Numbered from the stretch's first letter, positions 1 to 10,099 are shown. The stretch is DNA of 55,931 bases from Bacillales bacterium UBA7642 (GCA_002483745.1 DLIM01000025.1:1-55931), one strand, 5' to 3'. Notes: a model not told the origin generated them from the letters alone. Numbers and translations are program-made.

Positions 1-121
1 TGAGTGGAAATTCTACTCAGCAGTTAACATTCTAAAAGAAGACTAAAGATCGAAAAAAGATTTTCAAATTGATATTTACTTGTTTTCAATGATTTTAATA
101 GACCGAAGATTTCTTATAATT

Positions 122-158
122 AAAAAGCTAGCCTAACCAAAGGGAGTCAGGCTGGCTT
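122..158 (-). terminator. Candidate rho-independent terminator downstream of the lipoprotein gene 168-1319
   Basis: On the minus strand, AGCCAGCCTGAC / GTTAGGCTAGCT form an imperfect 12-bp stem (one mismatch, one G-U) followed by TTTTAATT. Confidence 0.4.
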
Positions 159-167
159 AAGAATTAG

Positions 168-1319
168 TTAAACAGCAGCAAATTCAGCTAAATAAATAGC
201 GGTCTTTGCAGTTACTTTGATCTTATAGGTCCCGCTGGCTGAAAGCATAAAGCTAGCAGTAGAAGCAGCTTTTCCTGTTGCGACTGGGAATGTGGTTCCA
301 CTTCCGGTAATAGCTACATCACTAGAATTAGTGACAGAGACTGTAGTAGTAACGGCTAAAGAGGTATCAGTGGCATCAAAAGCTTTAGACATACCATGAA
401 TAGTTAAAGTGCCTGCTCCAGAAGCCGTAAAGTCAAATTCATCAGTCGCGGTCATGCTTAAGAAATTATAGAAATAATAGGCATCCTGAGTACTTTTTCC
501 GCCTAATTCTATGGCGATATTGTCGGAAGCCTTAACAGTGAAATTCCCATAAGCTTTGTCAGCTGTATACTTAGCTAAAGGCAAGGCTAATAGGGAATCA
601 AAGGAATTGCTAGAAGACATCGCTTCAGAAATCTCAGTTACCGGTAAAGTTGTCTTATCGGAATAGGTAATTTTTATAAAGTAGATGGAGATATTGGCAT
701 TAGAGAGAATATAGTATTTTCCACTGGAAGGAAGATTAAATTTTGTATCAACGGTAGCGGTTTTCCCAGAGCCATCATCTTTTAAAGGACAAGCTAAACG
801 ACCGACATATTGATCCACACTCCCATCATCTTTTATTTTGGCAGCATAAAGTATTCTAGAAGGATCATTGGATGACCCGCCTTTTGCCGAAATCTCACAG
901 ATGCCAGGATGAGCGGAAGTGAATTCAATTAAATGATTCTTTTCATCAACATCTGATGTTCCGTTAGTACTCCACACGCCTTTTGTAGCAGCATCACTCG
1001 TCTTTGTCCCATAGCCGGTGAAGAAACCATCGCTAGCTTTGTTGCTATCCGTTCCATCAACAGCCAAATTAGTATAATTAGTGGTGACATCAGGAGTTTT
1101 TTCCTGCGATGAAGAAGAGCTATTTTGGGAAGACGAAGAACTTGATGAAGAAACATTTGGTAAAGATGAAGAAGTAGTAGGCGAAGTTGAAGTTTTAGGG
1201 CTGGTTGATGAAGGGGTTTCAGTTGTTGAACTAAAAGGAGATTCTTTACTGGTCTGCCCACAAGAAGCTAAGCCTACAATCAATCCAGCAATTGCTGCAA
1301 CCTTGAAGATCTTTTTCAT
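168..1319 (-). CDS. Lipoprotein of unknown function with a Ser/Thr-rich linker
   Basis: The signal peptide ends in the lipobox LASC. A long S/T/P low-complexity linker follows, then two beta-rich modules. No recognisable enzymatic motif. Confidence 0.75.
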   Translation of the reverse strand: MKKIFKVAAIAGLIVGLASCGQTSKESPFSSTTETPSSTSPKTSTSPTTSSSLPNVSSSSSSSSQNSSSSSQEKTPDVTTNYTNLAVDGTDSNKASDGFFTGYGTKTSDAATKGVWSTNGTSDVDEKNHLIEFTSAHPGICEISAKGGSSNDPSRILYAAKIKDDGSVDQYVGRLACPLKDDGSGKTATVDTKFNLPSSGKYYILSNANISIYFIKITYSDKTTLPVTEISEAMSSSNSFDSLLALPLAKYTADKAYGNFTVKASDNIAIELGGKSTQDAYYFYNFLSMTATDEFDFTASGAGTLTIHGMSKAFDATDTSLAVTTTVSVTNSSDVAITGSGTTFPVATGKAASTASFMLSASGTYKIKVTAKTAIYLAEFAAV

Positions 1320-1545
1320 AAATTCTTTTCTATTACCCTTATTTCTTTTATATTTACCAAAATATTAAAAGAAATCCTTTACCTATAATAAAGTCTTATT
1401 TTCCCTTGTATGCAAGTTAAAATGGTCACTTATGTTCTCTTAGCACAAAGAAACTTGTCTTTTTCATCATTTAGAATTGAAAAGGCTTTCATAATGCTAT
1501 ATTAATGTATACAAGAAAGATATTAATTTTTTTACAGGAGGAAAA

Positions 1546-3096
1546 ATGAATTCACATAAAGACTTGTTTTTTCTAAATTTAGCTCTTGTCAGTTTCTTAG
1601 CTGCTGGCTGCCAAAATCATTTGTCTTCTTCCTCAGGACAAATCAGTTCTTCAAATGAATCGATAACAAGTTCTTCTTCTAAAAGTGATACCACAATTTC
1701 TTCTAGTTCATCAACTACTGTTCCGATTAATAAGAAGGATCTTTATATTTCACCTAAAGGCTCAGAGGATGCTGATGGGAGTTTAGCTAAGCCCTATAAT
1801 TTTATTCAAGGAATTAGAAACTTGCCAGTCGGCTCAACGATGTATCTTCTTGAAGGCACCTATTCTTATGGCTCAACTTTGATGATTGATTCAAGCATTG
1901 ATACTCATTTGGCTTCTTCCGAAAAAGAAAGGAAGACTATCAGACCAGCTTTTGATGAAAGCAATAAGGAAGTTAAAGTTATCTTTGATTTTTCTTCTAT
2001 GCCTTTTTATTCTTCTAATCGCGGGATTTCAGTCAATACTGATTACTGGCACATAATGGACTTTGAAGTTAAAGGAGCCGGAGATAATGGTGTTTACATC
2101 GGTGGAAACCACAATATCATAGAAAGATTAAATATTCATGATTGCCAGGATTCTGGTTTGCAGTTAGGAAGGAAAGCTTCAGGATTAAACAATATGGATG
2201 AATGGCCTTCCTATAATACCATTCTTAACTGCACTTCCCATGATAATCATGATCCTACTGGCGAAGACTCCGATGGCTTTGCCTGCAAACTAACAACCGG
2301 AATCGGAAATATCTTTGATGGCTGCATTTCATATAATAATGTGGATGATGGCTGGGACTTATATACAAAAAGTGAATCCGGTCCTATCGGTCCTGTCACT
2401 TTACAAAACTGTGTCGCTTTTAATAACGGGATTACTTCTTATGGTGTTGGAACTTCTAATTCCGATGGCAATGGTTTTAAGTTAGGTGGCGAAAGTATCC
2501 CCGTCAGCCATAAGGTTAATAACTGTATAGCTTTCAATAACTTAGCAACCGGATTTACTGATAATTCTAACCCTGGAACAATCAATATTCAGAACTGCAC
2601 ATCCTATAACAACGGGACAAGAGACTTAGATGCCAACAACATTGATATGTGCCGAAGCACAGTAACTTCTTCAAATGTCTATAAGAATATTCTTTCCTAT
2701 TGTGATGGCGTGAGGGTCTCCCCAATAGATGGAACTAGTGCGGTCTTTAACTCTAAAGACCAATATAAAGGCTCTGTATCTCATTGTATTTTCTATTATG
2801 GTATGGAAATGCTTCAAATAAATGGTCCTTTAGATGCCGATTATTCAGTAAACGGAAAGAACGGAACTATCCTTGAAACTAAAGATACACCATTTGTTTC
2901 CGTTTCTTCCCCACAGCCTCAATCTTCTAAAGGCGTATCAGCCAGTATTCATTATGACGTTCATACTCTTCTAAGAAGTAATGACGGGAAAGTGAAATTA
3001 GGAGATTTCTTAAGAATTAAGACTAATACAGTTTTTGCTACGGCTGGCGAAAACAGTAAACCTATTGGGGCTGATTTATCAGGAGGCAATGACTAA
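1546..3096 (+). CDS. Lipoprotein, right-handed parallel beta-helix protein resembling PL9-type pectate/polysaccharide lyases
   Basis: Lipobox LAAGC and a Ser-rich linker. Repeated beta-helix rungs carry DSDGFACKL, NVDDGWDLY and NSDGNGFKLGG motifs, which resemble the PL9 Ca-site and catalytic-Lys signatures as I recall them. Confidence 0.6.
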   Translation: MNSHKDLFFLNLALVSFLAAGCQNHLSSSSGQISSSNESITSSSSKSDTTISSSSSTTVPINKKDLYISPKGSEDADGSLAKPYNFIQGIRNLPVGSTMYLLEGTYSYGSTLMIDSSIDTHLASSEKERKTIRPAFDESNKEVKVIFDFSSMPFYSSNRGISVNTDYWHIMDFEVKGAGDNGVYIGGNHNIIERLNIHDCQDSGLQLGRKASGLNNMDEWPSYNTILNCTSHDNHDPTGEDSDGFACKLTTGIGNIFDGCISYNNVDDGWDLYTKSESGPIGPVTLQNCVAFNNGITSYGVGTSNSDGNGFKLGGESIPVSHKVNNCIAFNNLATGFTDNSNPGTINIQNCTSYNNGTRDLDANNIDMCRSTVTSSNVYKNILSYCDGVRVSPIDGTSAVFNSKDQYKGSVSHCIFYYGMEMLQINGPLDADYSVNGKNGTILETKDTPFVSVSSPQPQSSKGVSASIHYDVHTLLRSNDGKVKLGDFLRIKTNTVFATAGENSKPIGADLSGGND

Positions 3097-6000
3097 TGAA
3101 GAAAACCAAGATTGGTCTTTTTGCTCTTCTTTCTCTAATTGCCATAGCTCCCGCTCTCAGCTGTAATAACAGTAACATGGCTTCTAAAGAGGCTATTGTC
3201 ACTGAGACTCAAGACAAATGCCAGGAAGCTTTGAATCTGATTGACCTTAATGTCGATACTTCTAATGTTGTCTCTGATATTATTCTTCCTGTCAAAGGCA
3301 TCTATGGTGCTAAGTTTACTTGGTCTACTGAAAATGACGCTATTGTTTCTATCAAAGCCGTCCAAGCTGATAGCGCTAGTCCCATTTCAGCTTACCGAGC
3401 TATTGTTCACCATGATAGCAATAGTGCTAAGACTGCTAACATCATAGCAACAGCTCAGATTGGCTCGGACACTGAATCCGTGAAGAGCAAAAGCTTTTCC
3501 TTAACGGTTTCTAAAGCCACTAATGATAGCAGCTTAGAATTAGCCTTAAAGATGGAAGAGGATTTCTCTTCTTATCAGACCGGTGTAGATATTTCCAATT
3601 ATTATAAATGGCAGATGTCTAAAGGTGAGAAGCAGATAACACAGGTCATTGAGAAAGAATCCTTCCCTAATATTAACAATCTCGTTTCCAAAAAAGCCTT
3701 AGAAATCACTTCCACTAAAGCGGCTACTGATACTTACTATGATCGAAGAATCAATGTCAATGACACTGAAGCACCAAATGGTGCCATCTTAGAAGGCTAT
3801 TATCTCTATACTGGGTCCACAAATGGTATATCTATTAGTTTATTGTCTAACGGAAAAGCTATTGCCTCTTTGTCTTTTTCTTCAGAGAAATATTCCTACT
3901 TGGCTAGCAGCAGCTATTCAGACAGCAGTAAAACCACTTTGGAAGGTGTTTGGATTCCTTTTAGGATTTCATTCAGGAAATCAGGCTATTATTCCGCTTC
4001 GATCTATTCTTTTACTGATAAAAAATATATTGATCTAACTAAGGAAAGCAATACCTATTTTGAAGGCTATGGTGTCTCATCAGGAAACAAAGGCAATGCG
4101 GATACTTTAAGAATTGTCTCAAAATCAGGAATAAGGGAAGGGAAAAGTTATCTTTCTAATCTGAAATTAGATTCTCTAGAAAATCTTCCTGAAACCGAGC
4201 CTAGCAATCCTAATAGAAGTGAGGGCATAGGCAAAATCAGCAATTATGAAGCCACTATTCTATCCTATAAAGGTGAAGCAATCACGGGAATAGATCCTCA
4301 GAAATTCTTGGTAGCTAACCGTTTCAATCAAGAAAAGACCTATACCTATGGTACAGATTACACCATTAGCACCGTAACAAAGAAGACAGGCTTAGTCACT
4401 TACTACTATCATACCTTTACTTTGCTCTCGACAAGTGAAACCAAAGTCGTCATCCAGGAAGTCTATGAGGATGAGAAAGCCAACGTCGCAGACATTTATG
4501 ATTTTTCTGTTTCTTATTTGAAAGCTATTAAAACTGCTGATAATATCCCTTCTACTGAAGCTACTATCACCCTTTCTGGTCAGGTAATCAGAACTGATTC
4601 AGTCCTATATTATGCAATCTTGGAAAAAGGGGCCGCTAGGCCCACTAAAGAAGAAATCATCCAAGGCACTAATCTCGATAAGCTATCTGATAAAGGAAGC
4701 TTAGCTTTAACTACCCATGATTTCTCCTTAGTATCAAACAAGCTCAATCTATGCAAAGAATATGATGTCTATGCTGTAACTGAAAATACCAATGGCATCT
4801 CTGATATTTATTCTGAAAAAGAGATTTCGACCCTCATCAATATTTCAACCTGCAATGACTTCTATCTCATGGCTACAAATATAGAGACAAAATCAAGCAC
4901 TTTCCGTTTAATTAACAATCTTGATTTTTCGGATTATCAATGGGTACCTGATATTACCTCCCAATTAGAATTTTCGGGTGTTTTTGATGGTCAGGGCTAT
5001 TCGATAAGCAATCTTAATATTTCTTCCCCGACTGCCAAAGTTGGAATTTTCTATCGCTGTGCCGGTTCCATCAAGAATGTTACATTTATCAATGCCTCTG
5101 TCTCAGGTCTTGAAGATGTCGGGATCATCGCCGGTAACATCTATGGCGGCAATTATACCAATATCTCTTTTGAGAACTGCCAAGTCAGTCAACAGCAAGA
5201 CTGTGAAGGGGGCGCTGGCTATTTTGGAGCTCTCTGCGGAAGGATCCGTTCTTCATCAAATGAAACCGTCTTAAGTGGCATCTCAATTTCCGGTTTTAAG
5301 TTATCTTGCCCGAAATACTGTGGCTTATTGACCGGTGGCGTTGAAACGGGTTCTACCTGTTCTATCACGGGTCTTTATGCTGCTGGTAAAGTTGATACTT
5401 CCGGTGCCGCAATTGGCTTGATTGGAAGAAACCGAGGCATTACCTCAATCGACAACGGAATCGTCTATCTGACTATTGTCAACGCCAAGAAGGAAGTTGG
5501 CGTAGTAGCTGGACACAATAAAGAAGGAGGCTCTTTAACAATAAACAACTTCTTAGGTGACTTAAAGATAGAAAATATAACTCAATCAACTTATTTCAAT
5601 AACTTCATTGGATCAAATGATTTCTCGACATCAACCTATAAGGCTACTAACACTTACTTCATCAAAGAAGATTATTCTAATCTGGGGGATTCAATTACTC
5701 CTATTGCTACTGCCATTACTGTTGGTAAATCCATCAGCCTACCTTACCATGCCAAAAGCCGTGAATTTGAGGAAAATACTTTCATCAGAGACTTTAATAC
5801 TTCCTTGTATTTTGCTTATGATGAAGAATCTTTCTCTCCGATACTGAAAGTTAGAACTATCAAAGACTTGTCTTTTAAGGCTGATGACTTTATTAGTTAT
5901 GCTGATCAAATCGACACCACCAAAATCTTTGAGAACCATTATTTCATATATAAAGCTTCTGATGTCTTAGCTTATCTATCCAATGAGGAAAAAGCTAAAA

Positions 6001-6110
6001 TTCCTTCAGCTACTCTAGAAAAATTCAATAAAGCCAAAAAAGATTATGAAGATGCTCTAGGCAATCTAAATGGCATCGGTGACGATACTGATTACGGTTT
6101 TGAAAACTAG
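3096..6110 (+). CDS. Large surface lipoprotein (1004 aa) with an Ig-like N-terminal module and GLUG-like repeats
   Basis: Lipobox ALSC. The start overlaps the upstream stop (TAATG) and AGGAGG lies 10 nt upstream. The segment ILPVKGIYGAKFTWSTENDAIVS is typical of bacterial Ig-like modules. FSGVFDGQGYSISNLNI...VGIIAGNIYGG...VGVVAGHNKEGG resembles GLUG-motif repeats. Confidence 0.7.
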   Translation: MKKTKIGLFALLSLIAIAPALSCNNSNMASKEAIVTETQDKCQEALNLIDLNVDTSNVVSDIILPVKGIYGAKFTWSTENDAIVSIKAVQADSASPISAYRAIVHHDSNSAKTANIIATAQIGSDTESVKSKSFSLTVSKATNDSSLELALKMEEDFSSYQTGVDISNYYKWQMSKGEKQITQVIEKESFPNINNLVSKKALEITSTKAATDTYYDRRINVNDTEAPNGAILEGYYLYTGSTNGISISLLSNGKAIASLSFSSEKYSYLASSSYSDSSKTTLEGVWIPFRISFRKSGYYSASIYSFTDKKYIDLTKESNTYFEGYGVSSGNKGNADTLRIVSKSGIREGKSYLSNLKLDSLENLPETEPSNPNRSEGIGKISNYEATILSYKGEAITGIDPQKFLVANRFNQEKTYTYGTDYTISTVTKKTGLVTYYYHTFTLLSTSETKVVIQEVYEDEKANVADIYDFSVSYLKAIKTADNIPSTEATITLSGQVIRTDSVLYYAILEKGAARPTKEEIIQGTNLDKLSDKGSLALTTHDFSLVSNKLNLCKEYDVYAVTENTNGISDIYSEKEISTLINISTCNDFYLMATNIETKSSTFRLINNLDFSDYQWVPDITSQLEFSGVFDGQGYSISNLNISSPTAKVGIFYRCAGSIKNVTFINASVSGLEDVGIIAGNIYGGNYTNISFENCQVSQQQDCEGGAGYFGALCGRIRSSSNETVLSGISISGFKLSCPKYCGLLTGGVETGSTCSITGLYAAGKVDTSGAAIGLIGRNRGITSIDNGIVYLTIVNAKKEVGVVAGHNKEGGSLTINNFLGDLKIENITQSTYFNNFIGSNDFSTSTYKATNTYFIKEDYSNLGDSITPIATAITVGKSISLPYHAKSREFEENTFIRDFNTSLYFAYDEESFSPILKVRTIKDLSFKADDFISYADQIDTTKIFENHYFIYKASDVLAYLSNEEKAKIPSATLEKFNKAKKDYEDALGNLNGIGDDTDYGFEN

Positions 6111-6122
6111 GAGGATTGAATC

Positions 6123-6854
6123 ATGAAAAAAGTATGGCTTGTCTTACCGGTTTCAGTATTAATGGGTTTAGTCTCCTGTAATGAAGCCATTAGTTCTTCT
6201 AGTTCTTCCAATAATGATCTTACTAGCAGCACCACTTCAACAACTGCCGTTTTAGATGAGAATTACTACTTAAAGAAATTAGAAGAAAAGACTCAATATT
6301 ATTCGGTTTCTTATTCTTATACGGTCAAAGATACTCTCAATAACGTTTATAAGAAAGGAACTAAAAGAAAGTCTGTCTTTATCAGCAGTGAAGGAACAGA
6401 TACAAAAATAGAACATATCTTTGGTACCACTGCTACAAGGACTTCTTTAGATGAAAACAGCGAGACTAAAAATCTAGTCTTCAATTACTACTTTACGCCA
6501 TCTGCTACCTATTATCTAAGCGATGATAACCGCTATAACTTAAAAGAAGAGACCCATCCTGACATAGTTCCTTATACTTTAGCCTTTGATTTCACTAAGG
6601 CTAGTAATGTCTCACTTAAACTCGAAGGCTTCGATGCTCTTCTTTCAGGTACGGTCTTACAGGCCGATTCTAGTTCTTTTTTAGAGCAAGAAGGGGTTAT
6701 AATTTCATCTGATATCTCTTTCAAAGCTATTTTATCGAAAGATAGAGGCGCTTTTAAAGGATTCGAAACCAGTTTTACCCAATCCGGTTACCAAATTAAT
6801 TACAGTTATTCTTTTTCTTCTTTAATGTCCGTAATCATCTTGCCGAGTGTCTAA
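6123..6854 (+). CDS. Lipoprotein of unknown function
   Basis: Signal peptide with lipobox GLVSC and a Ser/Thr linker. GGAGG lies upstream of the ATG. Confidence 0.7.
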   Translation: MKKVWLVLPVSVLMGLVSCNEAISSSSSSNNDLTSSTTSTTAVLDENYYLKKLEEKTQYYSVSYSYTVKDTLNNVYKKGTKRKSVFISSEGTDTKIEHIFGTTATRTSLDENSETKNLVFNYYFTPSATYYLSDDNRYNLKEETHPDIVPYTLAFDFTKASNVSLKLEGFDALLSGTVLQADSSSFLEQEGVIISSDISFKAILSKDRGAFKGFETSFTQSGYQINYSYSFSSLMSVIILPSV

Positions 6855-7654
6855 TCAATGAAATGCAGAATATCTTTTAAGGCATAGTAGACACCGTCTT
6901 CTAGGCATGTCTTAGTCACAATCTCCGCTTTCTTCTTGCATTCAGGAACAGCATTACCTAAGGCAATGCCATGGAATTCTTCTATCATACCGGCATCATT
7001 TCCTTCATCACCGAAGCAATACACATTATCGTGATCAATATTTAAGAAATCAGCTAAAAAAGAGACTCCGACTTTCTTATCAGTTCCTTTTCTCATTACT
7101 TCAATGAATGGTGGAGCACTGCGGATGAAACTATATTCGTTCTTTTCGGATTCCGTGAATTGAAGCTTCAAAGAATCCTCTGGAGAAGAAGCTAACATGA
7201 CTTTAAATAAAGGATAGTCAGAGCTTTCGTCTTTGACAACATTAAGATCTATCTTCTCTTTCATCTTATTGCAGCGATACTCGTTTTCCGTCCAAAAAGA
7301 TGGCCGATAATAGATTACTCCATCGTTAACTGTGTAGCCATATACTGAGACTTCCTTATGGTCTTGAAACTTCTTAGAAAAATAGTCTAAATCTTTTAAG
7401 GTAAGAGTTCTTTTAAAAAGAAGATCCCTATTAAAAGAATAAACTCCAGATCCATTAGCGGCAATGGCAAATTTCTGGCCAGGATTAAAACAATCCAAAT
7501 ACTGTTTAATTCCGGTAAAATTCCTACCCGAAGCAATTGAAACAGCGTTTCCTTGAGCAAGCAATTCATTTACAGCAAGAATTTCTTTTGGGGGAAGCTT
7601 GTTTTGTCCTTGTGGGAGAAGAGTATTATCGATATCAAATGCAAAGAGTTTCAT
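6851..7654 (-). CDS. Cof-type HAD-IIB family phosphatase
   Basis: N-terminal FAFDIDNTLL (DxD motif), SGR, and C-terminal GDEGNDAGM. Confidence 0.85.
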   Translation of the reverse strand: MKLFAFDIDNTLLPQGQNKLPPKEILAVNELLAQGNAVSIASGRNFTGIKQYLDCFNPGQKFAIAANGSGVYSFNRDLLFKRTLTLKDLDYFSKKFQDHKEVSVYGYTVNDGVIYYRPSFWTENEYRCNKMKEKIDLNVVKDESSDYPLFKVMLASSPEDSLKLQFTESEKNEYSFIRSAPPFIEVMRKGTDKKVGVSFLADFLNIDHDNVYCFGDEGNDAGMIEEFHGIALGNAVPECKKKAEIVTKTCLEDGVYYALKDILHFID

Positions 7655-7676
7655 AGGTTATGCCTCTAATAATCAA

Positions 7677-7710
7677 TAGAAAAGACCGTTACCGAAGTAG
7701 CGGTCTTTTA
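7677..7710 (-). terminator. Rho-independent terminator after small membrane protein gene (copy A)
   Basis: Stem AAGACCGTTAC / GTAGCGGTCTT (one G-U) is flanked by an A-run and a T-run. Confidence 0.55.
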
Positions 7711-7726
7711 AGATATGTGTTCTAAA

Positions 7727-8047
7727 CTACTTCTTGTCAGCAGTATTAGTCTTATCGTCAGCCTTCTTGTCATCAGCAGACTTCTTCTCATCAGCGGAGA
7801 TAACATCCTTATCTCCAACCCATTCAGCGAAGGAGAAGACAGTGCCTTTAGAGATGACATAGATCAAGTTCATGATCCAGAAGACAAACGGAACCGGAGC
7901 AATTCCTAAAAGGATATCGAGCAGTAAAAGAGTAATGTTCTTACAATCTTTGATAATACGATAGATGACATAAAGAATAGGAAGGAAAATAGCAATAAGA
8001 ATCTTGGCAACATTCGGAAGCTTGTCCATCCAATTACAATAACTCAT
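7727..8047 (-). CDS. Small membrane protein (106 aa) with a charged K/D-rich tail, copy A
   Basis: It has two hydrophobic segments and a full-length paralogue of identical length at 17122-17442. Shared strings include CNWMDKL, VIYRIIKD, PFVFWIMNLIY and VFSFAEWVG. Confidence 0.7.
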   Translation of the reverse strand: MSYCNWMDKLPNVAKILIAIFLPILYVIYRIIKDCKNITLLLLDILLGIAPVPFVFWIMNLIYVISKGTVFSFAEWVGDKDVISADEKKSADDKKADDKTNTADKK

Positions 8048-8109
8048 TTCAATAACCTCCAGTGATTATTTATATTTCATATTATATAAATATTCAAATA
8101 GAAATGACA

Positions 8110-9093
8110 CTATTTATTACTACTATCAGCCTTAACTGAACCGTTTTCATTTATATTTTCTTCATCGGAAACCGGTCTATTATCTTTTCCAAAGTTGTTT
8201 TCCGTGTTTTTATCCGGGTCTATAAAGAAGACTTTTTTGAATTTATAGATAACTTTTGAGCGACTAACTTGTGTGTTAGAGACTTTGCTTATACCAATTT
8301 GAATAGTCTTTGGGAGAGCTTGAAGGAACTTCTCCTTAGAGAGAGTAAGTTTATCCTTTTGTTCTTCACGCATTTTCTCGTATTTGACTTCAATCCCTGC
8401 CTTCTTAGCCCAAGAAGTGATTTTCGTAAAGATACCTATTGATTGAATAAAATCTATCAGCATCACACCATAGGTAACACCCATGAAGAAAATGAAAACA
8501 ATATTGGCATTACGGCCATCGCTTGATCCAAACATAAAGCCAAAGGACTTCTTGAAGCCTTCAAAGACAAAGGGGCTTAATCCATAGTAGTAAATAATTG
8601 CGACAGCAAACCAGATAATGTCAAAGAGTGGGCAGACAATACCTAAGATATTTCCTTTGATGTTAGAGTAATCCCAAAGCCTGACTTTAAAGCCTCTGAC
8701 AAAGATCAAGCCGGCTACAAATTCAAGTAATACTAGGGAGCAACCCATTATAGTAATCGGAATTAGATCATAAACAGTTGGCCCAGAATAGTTGTTGATT
8801 CCAAACAAATCACCTAAAGGATTATAGAAAGTCATGTTTCTTGGTAAGTAGTAAACTAGCACCCAAGAAAAAGTAAACATGATCATCAAACCAAAGCCAT
8901 ACAAAGGAAGCCACGGTCCCTTCATAAAACCGGGGTTTACCCATCTATGAACAGTAAAGATCCTTCTAAAAAGAACTTCAATTCCATAGCCAATCAAATC
9001 GCCAAACAAAAACATAAAAGAATAAGCAAGGAACAATTCACTTCCAGTTGCAACTCTTCCAATAAAATCATCTTCTAAAATTAGAAAATTCAT
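8110..9093 (-). CDS. Polytopic membrane protein, CmpB-like (family annotated as putative ABC-transporter type IV), copy A
   Basis: GYGIEVLFRRIF...NPGFMKGPWLPLYGFG...RLWDYS motifs. A 327-aa paralogue lies at 17508-18491. Confidence 0.6.
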   Translation of the reverse strand: MNFLILEDDFIGRVATGSELFLAYSFMFLFGDLIGYGIEVLFRRIFTVHRWVNPGFMKGPWLPLYGFGLMIMFTFSWVLVYYLPRNMTFYNPLGDLFGINNYSGPTVYDLIPITIMGCSLVLLEFVAGLIFVRGFKVRLWDYSNIKGNILGIVCPLFDIIWFAVAIIYYYGLSPFVFEGFKKSFGFMFGSSDGRNANIVFIFFMGVTYGVMLIDFIQSIGIFTKITSWAKKAGIEVKYEKMREEQKDKLTLSKEKFLQALPKTIQIGISKVSNTQVSRSKVIYKFKKVFFIDPDKNTENNFGKDNRPVSDEENINENGSVKADSSNK

Positions 9094-9166
9094 AATTATT
9101 CAATCAATACCTTTTATGATAGCATATTATTAATAAGTTATTTACCTTATTTTGGAGGTTTATTTA

Positions 9167-10099
9167 ATGATTTCAAAAAGAATTGTGTTTCTCGGGACAC
9201 CTGATATATCGGCTTTTCTCTTAAAAGGTTTAATAGATTCCGGCTTTAATGTTATCGGAGTCGTCACTAAAGAAGACAAGGTCCGTGGAAGAAACAATAA
9301 AGTCGAAGAAAGCCCAGTTGCTAAAATGGCTCATTCTTTAAACATACCGGTCTTTAAGCCTCATCGTCTTAACAAAGACTTTTCTTTTTTGAATGAGCTT
9401 AAGCCTGACTTAATGCTTACTTTTGCATACGGTCAATTAATCTCAGATGAAATCCTAAAGATACCTACCCTGAAACCTTTAAACCTTCATGCTTCGCTGC
9501 TTCCTAAGTATCGCGGTGCTGCCCCTATCCAATATGCTTTAAGAAACGGTGAAACCGAAACCGGTGTCACTTTGATGGAAATGGTCCATGAAATGGATGC
9601 GGGAGATATCTATGGCGTTATTAAGACTAAAATAGAGCCAAACGACAACTATACTTCCTTATCCTACAAATTAGCTAGCACGGCTTTAGAAGTAGCAAAT
9701 AAATTTCTTCCTCTTTTCTTTGAGGGAAAGCTAAATCATATCGCTCAGGACCAAAAGCTAGCCACTTTCTGCCCTTCCATCAAGAAAGAAGAAGAAAAGC
9801 TAAATTTGGATGTCGAACCGGAAACCTTCATTAACCAAGTAAGATCCCTTTCATTAACTCCAGGTGGTTACTTAATGAACGGAAATGATGAGCTAAAGAT
9901 TTTTGAAGCCAGTAAACTTAACAGCTCAGTAACTGCCCCTATTGGCACCATCTTAGAAGTCAATAAGAAAAACCTGGTCCTCCAGTTAGGAAAAGGCCAA
10001 GTTAATATTCTTACATTGCAGCGTCCCGGAAAAAGAATCATGTCAGCAGCCGACTTCAATAATGGAGTCAGGGACTTTAAAGGGGTTGTTTTAAAATAG
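9167..10099 (+). CDS. fmt: Methionyl-tRNA formyltransferase, copy A
   Basis: IVFLGTP start, LNLHASLLPKYRGAAPIQ and MDAGDIY motifs, plus the C-terminal domain. The ATG at 9167 lies 8 nt after GGAGG; the track start at 9152 is a TTG. Confidence 0.93.
   Translation: MISKRIVFLGTPDISAFLLKGLIDSGFNVIGVVTKEDKVRGRNNKVEESPVAKMAHSLNIPVFKPHRLNKDFSFLNELKPDLMLTFAYGQLISDEILKIPTLKPLNLHASLLPKYRGAAPIQYALRNGETETGVTLMEMVHEMDAGDIYGVIKTKIEPNDNYTSLSYKLASTALEVANKFLPLFFEGKLNHIAQDQKLATFCPSIKKEEEKLNLDVEPETFINQVRSLSLTPGGYLMNGNDELKIFEASKLNSSVTAPIGTILEVNKKNLVLQLGKGQVNILTLQRPGKRIMSAADFNNGVRDFKGVVLK

Noticed and set aside
929-1368. ORFs 929-1261 (-) and 1081-1368 (+), which overlap the Ser-rich region of the lipoprotein gene
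   Set aside because: They are alternative or antisense frames of low-complexity Ser/Thr-coding DNA inside the well-supported lipoprotein ORF 168-1319. They have no RBS and no independent signal.
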